DNA of 64,000 nt from Octopus bimaculoides (taxonomy: Eukaryota): NCBI RefSeq assembly GCF_001194135.2, contig NC_068990.1:67540454-67604453 (forward strand), written 5' to 3'. The notes under the pieces are model-generated. The model saw only the letters and a program-made list of their open reading frames with translations, had not been told where the DNA came from and did not search any database. Below, one piece after another: positions 53,270-64,000 of this stretch (positions are counted from its first letter, which is position 1; every line of letters begins with the position of its first letter). The position numbers were made by a program, and so were the translations under genes.

Positions 53270-53430
53270 GTAGTTGTGGCTGTGTGGTAAGAAGTGTGCT
53301 TCCCAACCACCTGATTCTGATATTAATCCCTCTGCATGTTACCTTGGGCAAGTGTCATCTAAAACAGCCCTAGGATGACCAAAGACTTGTAAGTGGATCT
53401 GGTAGACAGCAATGGAAAGAAGTTCATCAT
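53270..53430 (+). mobile_element. Family A SINE head
   Basis: gtggctgtgtggtaagaagtgtgcttcccaaccac...ccttgggcaagtgtc. Confidence 0.75.
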
Positions 53431-54069
53431 ACATACATAAATACATACATACATATGTAGATATACATATATATATTTTTAATCATTACAATTGTTTCAA
53501 CCCATTATGCATCAGGTAAAATTCTGAACAACAGGTTGGGGTGCATTATTCAGTGTAAATGTGTCTCGCCAGGTGAATTTTCAAAAAAGGTACTTCACTC
53601 ATTAAACTCAGTCCCAGTTTGATTACAATATATTTCATTGTTTGCCTATAGCTGTTTGTATGAAGAATGATATCCCCTGCACACAATCAGCTACAGAGAA
53701 AAAAATGAAATGTATTATAATTTAACTTTGCAAAACCATATTTAATGAGCAAAGCACCTTTTGGAAAAGTCCCCTGATGAGACAAATTTACACTGAATGA
53801 TGTACCACAATCTGTAGTACAGAATCTCACCTGCGAGAGACTGATGCACTTGAGTTGAAATTATCATAGTGATTAATAAAGAATCTCATGAATTCCATTT
53901 CTTCTTTCTTTCATATGTTAAGATACTCATCAGACACGAACAAATTCTTTAAGTAAATCTGGTAACACTTGCATCCATACTGTGGATGACATCAGACAGC
54001 TGAAGACAGTGAACATACTTTAAACAGCATACTACCAGGTATATACTCAAATTTAGAATTATTACTTAT

Positions 54070-54462
54070 TTGTATGTGTTTTTGTGTTTGTCCCCAGTCA
54101 CTGCTGGACAATGAGTGTTGGTTTGTTTATGTTCCCATGACTTAGCAGTTTGGCAAAAAGAGACTGATAGAATAAGTACCAGGTTTAAAAGAAAAAAAAA
54201 GCACTGGTGTTGGTTCCCTCAAATGAAAACCCTTCAAGGTGATGCCCCAGTATAGCCACTCTCCATTGACTGAAATAAGTAAACGATAGCTACATATGTA
54301 AACATACATGAAGGATCCCTTTCAGTTTCCATTTACCAACTCCACTCTCAAGTCTTTGGTTAACCCAAGGCCATAGTAGAAGACACTTGCTCAAAGTGCC
54401 ATGCGGTGGGACTAAACCTGAAACTATGTGGTCATGAAAAAATATTTAACTGCACAGCCATG
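54070..54462. mobile_element. Family A body (plus, 54070-54290) and head (minus, 54310-54462)
   Basis: gcagtttggcaaaaagagactgatagaataagtaccagg body; gtagaagacacttgctcaaagtgccatgcggtgggact head. Confidence 0.65.
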
Positions 54463-54480
54463 ACTTGACCGTCACCTTAA

Positions 54481-54638
54481 CCTTTTAGCATTTAAACCAG
54501 CTATATTTGGCCAAAATATTTTACCTGTTTATGTTCAAACCAATGACATTTAGCTTCTCAATCCTACTCTACAATGTCATTCTAAAAGTAAACCATCACA
54601 TTACCAAAATTTGGCAGAATAATCTGAATGTTAAAGGG
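54481..54638. mobile_element. piggyBac-like MITE with intact TTAA TSD
   Basis: TTAA (54477-54480) CCTTTTAGCATTTA ... TGAATGTTAAAGGG TTAA (54639-54642); TIRs match 11/14. Confidence 0.75.
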
Positions 54639-57600
54639 TTAAGAATAGATGGCCCTTATTTTAATTTTTGTCCACAAGTTTTTCATTGTTGTTCATAAGT
54701 TGATACTGCACACCTGGATCAAACAATGATTCTCAATGCTGAACTGAGGACTGGCTACATCAGCACTTTTCATATAATATGAGCCATACTTAGTAAGGCA
54801 GTAACCTATATAATGTATGCTCTGTAGAAATCTGGAAGAATTCTGAATTGATTCTTTAGTCATAACTGAGAAATAGAAAAAAATTCCGATTGTTAGGGGT
54901 TTCATTCATTGCAGCCTCAATATTTTCAGTTTGGTACTTGCATACATTTTAGTTGGTTTTGATAAATAATTCCTGTCAGGTGACAGAGACGGGAACCTGA
55001 TTCTATTTACTTTGACTAAAAAAAAAAAAAAAAAAAAAAAAAACAGCCCTGATATGGCTATACAATATTTTTATCAGCCATTATTATCTGGAACTGTCCA
55101 AAGAGATGTCCACGGTTGGTCACTGTCACTACAACTTGCTTATATTGTTTACCATTAATTTGTATGCCTATGTCTGTTCTTACAAACCCAGTGATAGAAG
55201 AGATTGTTAGAACAGAATTGGTAAGCATTTTCTTTTTATGAATTTTGCTTAGTGTTTTTTATAGACTATGATAACAATGGCAGATTAGGCCAACAAAAAT
55301 AAACACTTTACTAAGCATTCTTAAAAGAATCAGCCTGCCTTTTATGTGTTAAAATAATAAAGGTAGACAGGTCACCCTAGTAATTCTTCTTAACAACAGT
55401 ATACACACAGCCCCATTGATGGTTACCTAAAATGAGGTTTTATCTTGCTATCTTTCTATGGTTATATTATATAGATGTCATAACATAATTTTCACTTGCT
55501 TTTCTTTTTCAAGCTTGTCTGCTGTTTTTGTTCTCAGCTACCTTCATATTGATGGTCTTTGTGCTAAAGCTAATTACATCTTTAACTACAGGAAATGGAT
55601 TTCTATTATTATCACATTCTCTAATTAATTTACAAAAATTGATTATTTTCTATGTAATTTCTTTCTTTGTTTTTTTAATAGTAATTTTCCATTTGCACAA
55701 ATACCCTCCCTCTGTGAGACTGTTGAAACCATATTCTGTCAAATTGAGATTTTGTGTTGTTACATTCAAAATCCTGTCATAATTTTCCTTCTTTTTTGTC
55801 TATTTCTCAGTTCACTTAAATTATCATTTATAATATTAATACTGTATATAATTAATTGTTAGCTAGAGTGTTGTTGTTGATCTTCTTTTTAGTTTACATA
55901 CACACACATACAATCATATACATATTCCATTGATGCAAAGCTATTGAAAACAAATTTTTCATTATAACATTAAAATTATAATTTTTGTCATAACATTTTT
56001 CAATATTGATTAATATTGCAAAATCCACTTGAAGTTGAACAGAAAATAATGTATATTTTCTTTCAACTTTCTTATCTATATAAATTTACCTTGATTCAGC
56101 AGCTTTAATGCATGTAGTGAGACTTGTTAAAGGTCAGAGTATGCCCCTACCTACACACATATATAAAGTGTTTCTATATTTAATACAGATTGGATAGGTT
56201 AAATACATCATTGAAAAACTGTTGTATACTTGAAACTGCTCATGCAACTTTGAAAACAACTAAGCAAACCTACAACAAAAAATGTATAAATTAATATACA
56301 CAACATCCTGTATAGATATGCAGCTTAGATTTACTGGAGCATGTGGGTCAAAAGAGTGAGCTATTCCAGAGTTTCCCAACATTAGTAACAATGTCATTTG
56401 ATTGAGTGTTGAAACCAATCAGTCAATTAATAAACACTCATATACAAGTAGAAAGGTTTGTTTATACATCACACATATGTTACTTTACTGAACGTAGATA
56501 ATTTCTAAAGGTAAAATTTGCATTCAAAATAATTTGATTTTATGAAAGATTAATTATTATTTCAAAATTGCTGAAAATTATGAATAAATATCGAAATTAA
56601 AGGATATTGGAGATTTATTAAACTGCATGCTAAAAGGTGGTGAGTGGTGGAGGGTGGTGGTAATGGTAGGTGGTGGTGGTGGTGGTGGGGGTTTGTTGTG
56701 ACATTCTTTGGCCTTGCAGAAATATTTTATGCATAATATATAGGATGTGACTCAAAATGAAAAGCCAATGACAGAATACACTCCCTATTTTCTTGTTAAA
56801 AAACCCCAAAATCCTGCAGAACAATAATAATGATAATAATGATAATATCTGGGATTTCCAGAGGAATCCCAACCATTAGTAGTCTTTACATTAGAGGTTT
56901 CCAAGTTGTAGGGTAAAACCACCCTAATGTTTTTATATGTTGTTAGCNNNNNNNNNNTCATGATGATGATGATAATAATAATAATAATAATAATAAGGAG
57001 AAGAAGAAGAAGAAGAAGAAGAAGAAGAAGAAGAATTTCTTTTATTACCAACAAGGGCATCAATGAATGGAACATCACAAGGATAGTCAACAATTTGTGT
57101 TGGAGTTTACATAAAAGATGACGGGAAGGAAATGGAAAAGATGGTAAAATATGATAGGTTTGCATAGTATACTAAGTATGTGATAATGTGAATGATGCAG
57201 TCCTTTGGATAAAGGAGAAAGTCAAGTAGGGCTAATGAAGGAACCTCACAGGTCCAAGGTTACCCAGACCACCATAGCCACAAACACTTACCCAACCATT
57301 AATCTCCTGTCTACAGGTGCATACTTAGAGTAGAGACATTCGGCATAACTACAGAGTTGTACCTGCCAAACTTTGGAAAGTCATAACTTTCAGAAAAATG
57401 AATATGTTTTAATGACATTTTCTATGCATATAGTATTTATTATGTAGATTCCGAATATACAACAATTTCTGGTGAAAGTGTTTTGGAATGGGGGTGGGGG
57501 ACAATTTTCGGAAATTCCAACAGAGTCCACTTAAATTCTTCTTAACTTCAGGAAAATTAATATTTTTTCGTGAAATTTTCTACAAATATACCTTGATGTA

Positions 57601-58189
57601 TGTACATTTTGAGCATGTAGGAATTTTGGAGGAAACAACTGCAGGTGATTTTTGAGAAGTGTTCCCCACTCGGTGGTGTTTCGGAGCAAGTCGTCCATAA
57701 TTGTTTCATTTTTCTCTATTATGTGCGTATGTGCATCCATAGATTTCTAATGAAGTAATACGCTGCTTCTGTTCTCTTCTACTTCTCTACTAGAAACGTT
57801 TACTTTGGAATTTACTTCTATCGAGAAAAAAAAATCGTGTGCATGTTATTTTTAACGCAAGTTTTCTTAAGACGGCTTCTCTTTTCTGCTTATTACTTCA
57901 TTAGAAATCTACGGATCCACATGTGATAACAGCTGTTTGGACATAACTCCACAAGTCAGCAATACTTGGACACTACGCAACTACATGCAGAATGGTTCCA
58001 TTGCTCTGTGTCTATCTCAGACAATCCTGCCTAGTAGAGTTTATCTTGCAGTTTATCTCTAACAGCAGTGATCCTTAGCTGCACTGCCAGGCTAGTGATT
58101 TCTGGAAGTTGTCCATGATAGAAACAGGCCTGAAGATCTTTTGAAACAGAGCAGCTAGTTCATTCTTGCTCATGAATTGTAATAATAAT

Positions 58190-58404
58190 GATCCTTTCTT
58201 CTATATGCACAAAGCCTGAAATTTGGCAGGAGGGGACTAGTCGAATACATCAACACCAGTGTTTCACTGGTACTTAATTTATCGACCCTGAAAGGATGAA
58301 AGATAAAGTCAACCTCAGTGGAATTTGTACTCAGAATGTAGCACCAGGCAAAATAACGCTAAGCATTTCGTCCAGCATGCTAACGATTCTGCCAGCTCAC
58401 TGCC

Positions 58405-58454
<50 letters not shown>

Positions 58455-58670
58455 CCTTTGAACTATAGGTATAAGGCCGGGAATTTGGTGGGATGGAGCT
58501 AGTTGACTACATCAACCCCAGTTCTCAAGTGGTGACTCCCAAAAGGATGAAAGGCGAAGTTCACCTTGGCAGAATTTGAACTCAGAACATAATAATATCA
58601 GAACAGAAATGTCGCCAAGCATTTTGTCATGCTAATGATTCTGCTAGCTCAATGCCTTAGTAATAATAAT
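58190..58670 (-). mobile_element. Two tandem family B SINEs
   Basis: Two co-oriented units separated by (aat)n at about 58406-58452. Confidence 0.85.
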
Positions 58671-59733
58671 AATAATGATGATGATGATAATAATAATAAA
58701 AGATAATTTAAGACATATCGTTCTAGATACATAAATGCCATAGGTAACATTTGCAATGTGAGATACACTTGATAGCATCTCATATATAATGAATAAAAGA
58801 TAGCATTGCAAAGAGACAACAGGATATAGAAGATACCGTTTATAATGAAGGGGAAAAGATAATGAAGATATGTTTCAAAAAAGAAAAAAAAAAAGAAAAG
58901 AAAAGAAAAAAGGCTACGATTAAGAACTAAATCAGTCATAATATCTGTGATGGTTGGTGATTAATGAGAATGCTTACAATATTATATCATGTCAAAGGCA
59001 TAATTTACAAGCCATGAAAAATAGGTCAAACATCATTTATTTAAGAATTACATTCAGGTTTCTCCAAACCTTTGCAGTCTTCAGCAGATTGTTTCTTTGG
59101 TGGTATGAAATAGTACAGGGAATTGGTTTATAGACAAGAAGAGAAAAAAAAACAGTAAAGAAAAAGATAGTGGGAGAGAGTTGCCAAGAATTAATGTCAT
59201 GAGAGGTGAAAATTCCAATATTTCGGACACTTGGTTTTCTTTCCTTTATTTTTGGAGAAAAAGAAATTCGGAGACCAAAGTGGGGGGAGAGTAAGAGGAA
59301 GAGAAAACACCGTTTGTTATGAGAGGTGGTATAAAGTATCAGATGGTGAAGGAAGTGAAAGGCAGAATGAGGTGAAAGCAGCTAGACAAGGTTGATCAAA
59401 TGAAGTGGTGATATTAAAGAATGGTAGATAAGGAAATAGAAGAGGGTTCAGAAACAGGAAACAATTACAGAATACACATACATCATACAAATTACTAGAC
59501 TGGAATGATGTGTGAAAATAATCATGAGAAGAGGGAAAATGAATTAAGAATATTGGGAAAAGAAAGAAAGATAAGAGAATTAGACGAAACATACATATAC
59601 AAATATCTAATTATATCAAATGACTCTCGCATAAATAACGATGTTTTATGCTAATGAAACAGCTGTTGAGCAATTATAAACTATATGCAAATTTCTTGTT
59701 TTTCTGCATATATATATATATATATATACGCAG

Positions 59734-59768
<35 letters not shown>

Positions 59769-59904
59769 CATATATAAACATGTATATGTATATATATACA
59801 CACATATATATATATGTATATACTAATATATACGTGTGTGTATATATATATATGTATATATATGTATATACACACACAGATATATATATATATATATATA
59901 TGTG

Positions 59905-60020
59905 TGTGTTCCATAAAGTTTCTGTCTATCAAATACACTCATAATCCATTGGTTGACCTTGGGCTATAGTAGAAAACTTTTGACCAGTGTGCCATGCTGT
60001 GCATCTGAACTCAAAATTGG
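59905..60020 (-). mobile_element. Family A SINE head fragment
   Basis: ggttgaccttgggctatagtagaaaac...gtgccatgc. Confidence 0.55.
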
Positions 60021-60616
60021 GTAGTTGAGACAATGAGTGACAACAACTAAGATTCTGAAAAAAAAAAAAAACCCTGAAATATAAATTAAATATGAAGCTA
60101 CTGAATGCCATGTTAAAACACTGGCAAGAAAAGCTGATACATGGCTACTACTTGTTAAAAATTAATAAAGGTGAAGAAAGTATGGAGAAAACTTGAAAGA
60201 ATGAGAATACGAAATTTATTGATGAGAATGAGGGATTTCTTATTGTGACAGAGGATCAAAGCCACAAGCACATCTCCCCAAAATAAATGGTTTTATACCA
60301 ATGTAACAAACAACAACAACAATAATAGTAATAGTTTATATTTTATCTTTTACTTGTTTCAGACTGTGGCCATGCTGGGGCACCACCTTCAATAATCTTT
60401 ATGTTATTGTTATACTATTTCATACTCTATTAGTTAGCAGGGCTGTTGGAATGAAGTTTGGTGAAAACAAGTCACCTCAAATATCAAGAATCTTTCTTGT
60501 GATTCTTGTAGAAAACAAGAATGCACTTTATTGCAGGCCATTAATGCAAATATCTCAATTCCAATATCCTTCAACCACTTAGGTAGCAGTTATTATCATT
60601 ATTATTATTATTATTA

Positions 60617-61240
60617 AAGTGGTGAGCTTCCAGAAATATTAGCACACCACACAAAATTCTTAATAGCACCTTCTGTACATTCTGAGTGCAAGTGCTGCCA
60701 AGGTCAACTTCACTTTTGGTGCCAATGAAACAAACACCAGTTGAGTACTAGGGTCAATGTAATTGACTTCTCCTCTCCCACTAAAAGTTCAGGCCTTGTG
60801 CCTAAAGTAGAAAGGATTTGGCAGACTTGTTAGTATACTAGACAAAATGCTTACTGGTTCTGAGTTCAAATTTCACCAGGGTTGACTTTTCCTTTCTTCC
60901 TTTCGGGATCGATAAAATAAGCACCAGTTGACTCATCAGTAATTGACTCATCGCCTCCCAACAAAATTGCTGCCCTTGTGACAAAATTTGAAATCATTAT
61001 TATTATTATTATTGGTATTAAGGCAGTGAGCTGGCTGTCTCGTTAGCACTCCAGACAAAATGCTTTGCAGCATTTTGTCCATCTTTATGTTCAGAGTTCA
61101 AATTCTGCTGAGGTCAACTTTACTTTTCATCTTTTTGGGGTTGATAATATAAGTACCAGTTGAGTGCTGGAGACAATGTAATCAGCTATATCCCTCCCAC
61201 AAAATTTCAGGCCTTGTCCATATAATAGAAAGGATTATTA
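60617..61240 (+). mobile_element. Array of three family B SINE units
   Basis: aaagtggtgagcttccagaa, ttggcagacttgttag and aaggcagtgagctggc starts; ends aggccttgt...agaaaggatt. Confidence 0.8.
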
Positions 61241-61464
61241 TTATTTAAATCCTACTATTGTTGACTGTGAAATATGAAGATACTGTGAATGGAAATTGGT
61301 GGTGTATAAGGTCCAGTAATATAAAGAGAAGCTGACTGATTAAGATCTCAAATCTTTGGTTCATGAACGGTCTAAAATTTAGTGTCTGCTGTGTTGGTGT
61401 CTAGGCCATAACTTATAAATTTATGTTATGGCAGCAATACCTAAATATTGCCATCATTATGATC

Positions 61465-61680
61465 CTCATCCTCATTTATTGTACCATTTTCCATGCCGGC
61501 ATATGTTGGATAGGATCTGCCAGGATCTATGCTGGCATGGGTTGCACAGGATCTGCCCACAATGCCTGCTTTGACATGGTTTTTATATGGCTGGGTGCTT
61601 TTCCTAATAGCAACCATTTTATGGTGTATACCAGATGCTATTTTGTGACACCAGTGCTAGAGATGTTGTGAAGCAACTTA
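61465..61680 (-). mobile_element. Old RTE-family 3' UTR fragment
   Basis: ttttccatgccggcat...gctggcatgggttg...ggctgggtgcttttcctaatagcaacc. Confidence 0.5.
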
Positions 61681-62829
61681 AAAAGACATAGCAATGGAAA
61701 AGTAACAAATGATGTAAAGAATAGAAAAAAATAAAGGGCTATGAATCAAACAAACTAAAAGAAAATTCATAAATAGTTTGATAGTTTAGAGGAGCAACCA
61801 AGCCCTGTCACTTTGAGGTCTTATGAATAACAATCCATTTTATTATGCTGAAATAATTCTCTGTCTTGGTTATATATTAAATATGTTTGGTGGATACTAA
61901 CAGTAGAAAGATTTGGCATGAGGATAATACTGAGTATATACATTTTTAAGAGCTTTAAGCAATGCAGGTGATAAGTTAGGGAAAATATACAAGGTGAAAT
62001 TGACAAACAGAGGCAAGGTATTCTATTACTCTAAAAAGGTTGTTTCATGCTTCTGTTATATTTTAGATACTAAAACATCTACCATTACTGTTACCACTTC
62101 TTATGACACACAGCACCATCCGCTATTATGTTCACTGATTGTGTGTTTACTACATGAATACAATAATCAAAACATCAAAATGGCCTGCCAATAATAAAAC
62201 ATTCAAGATTATTTTCTATCACACATTTGATAAAGGCAAGCTTTTACAAAATACTATAGAAGCATTAAACAACCATTGTAAACTAATGCCATATCTTGCA
62301 TTTGCTTTTATTTATGAGCATCACCTTACATATTTTACGTAAGTTCTTGCCTGTAAAAGTCTTCTTGAAAAATGCCTAAATCATTTACACATTGCAATGT
62401 TTCAAGAAAATTAGTAAATTAATCTTGGATGGATTGTAATAAGATTTAACCATAATAGACTTGCACTCAGAGTAGTTCAGATCCTCACCACTAAAAAACA
62501 TGAGATCCATATTATGTAACATAAAGCGAAATACACTGAGAAATAACTACATTGTAAAGAGGAAATTATTAGCTGTGTTGTAACTAATTAAAGTTACAAT
62601 TGTTTCAAAATTAAATCAGAATAAATACCAACAAAAACTGATCTCAGATATCTATGTACATGTGTGTGTGTGTGTATATATATATATGAAATACAGTGAC
62701 AATGAATACAGTGATTACTACATCTGCATAATTTTTTAATTAATTTTTTTAATTTTTGAATTATTTCTACAAATTAATAGTGTTAACCTGGAACTAAGAG
62801 CTAGAATGGAACCTGCCTAGATATTGTAA

Positions 62830-62889
<60 letters not shown>

Positions 62890-62956
62890 NNNNNNNNNNN
62901 NNNNNNNNNNNNNNNNNNNNNNNNNNNNNNACATACTTACATACATATATACACAT

Positions 62957-62991
<35 letters not shown>

Positions 62992-63021
62992 CAAACATAC
63001 ATACTTACATACATATACATT

Positions 63022-63075
<54 letters not shown>

Positions 63076-63964
63076 CACACACACATAAATGTATCTTATA
63101 AAATTCATTTAGTCACAGTAATACTAATAACTAGTTATTACAACTCAATATACTTTAGAATAAAGTACCAAGTGAGTACAGCATATGGTATTTATCAATG
63201 ACTGACAAATGTATGTATGTATTAATATCTAGAACTTTGAGATTTAAGTTCTATTTGTTTCTTTGTAGAATTCAAGCTGGTCACTAACAAATTGAAAGGG
63301 CTCTTTGGTTTATGACAAAACAGCTCTTGGGAGAATTTTGGTTACGTGAATTGGTTAATGGATTGAAGGATGTACATATATTTGCATATTCTGTGTATAC
63401 ATGTATACATACATGTACAAAAAAGTGTGCAATATATCACTCATTGAAAATATATTTGGAAATTCAGACACTACATTGGCTTTGAATTGGAGAATAATTC
63501 AGAATGTGGTATAATAAATGAGAATGAGGGCAAATCGAATGATTTTGATGGTAAAAGTAATCTACATACACTAATACACACATATGCACACATGCTATAA
63601 AGACAAAATCAAATGCTGATATTCTGAAAGCATTTCAAGTTCATAAATGAAAGAGTTCTACATAAGGCCTCTCCTCAGTCAAAATATTTCAAAATATATA
63701 ATAGTCTTGACTGAAGAGGATTTAATGTAAAAGTACATAGCTAACTGAAATATATATATTAAATACATTCAAAATACCAAGATATCAGCATTTGGTTTTG
63801 TTCTGATTGGATATTATGTGGCTCCATTACATAACAATCAGGTCAGTCTTCACTTTGCCAGCAGGGTTAATATAACAAGGATTTAGGAGTGGAATGTTTT
63901 ATCAGACCACAGCCAAAAAGTTCTGCTCGTGTGTTTTGCACCACATCATAACCACACACACACA

Positions 63965-64000
<36 letters not shown>

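Noticed and set aside
53909-53933. Minus-strand CTGATGA...GAAA hammerhead-like core
   Set aside because: A stem II is possible, but I found no credible stem I, stem III or cleavage triplet.
57370-57880. Possible DNA-transposon remnant (CpG-richer segment)
   Set aside because: No TIR, TSD or transposase motif could be identified.
57905-57954. Plus-strand candidate encoding IYGSTCDNSC (EGF-like look)
   Set aside because: Only two Cys, weak donor (GTCAGC) and no supporting exons.

Overview
AT-rich, microsatellite-dense eukaryotic scaffold with 14 N gaps. The repeat complement (tRNA-derived SINEs with internal (TA/CA)n, (AAT)n-tailed SINEs, RTE LINE ends) resembles an octopus/coleoid cephalopod genome; this is an inference from recalled repeat families, not a database result. 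The only coding sequence I can support is one minus-strand, phase 1-1, 180-bp exon (3158-3337) encoding a complete Sushi/CCP domain. The rest looks intronic or intergenic and is filled with SINEs, RTE fragments, two Tc1/mariner relics, TTAA MITEs, a foldback-like MITE and a Helitron-like fragment. The most interesting non-gene signal is three minimal type-I hammerhead ribozyme motifs with variant cores (17048-17085, 42973-43009, and a degenerate copy at 42677-42714), of the kind known from Penelope-like retroelements. Other points of interest: a near-identical 270-bp local copy inside a three-level nested insertion, co-oriented SINE arrays built on (AAT)n tails, and an Illumina adapter remnant at a gap edge. 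I found no convincing multi-gene novel system. Nearly all ORFs in the supplied track are microsatellite or N-gap artefacts. Repeat boundaries are approximate unless a TSD or TIR is quoted.
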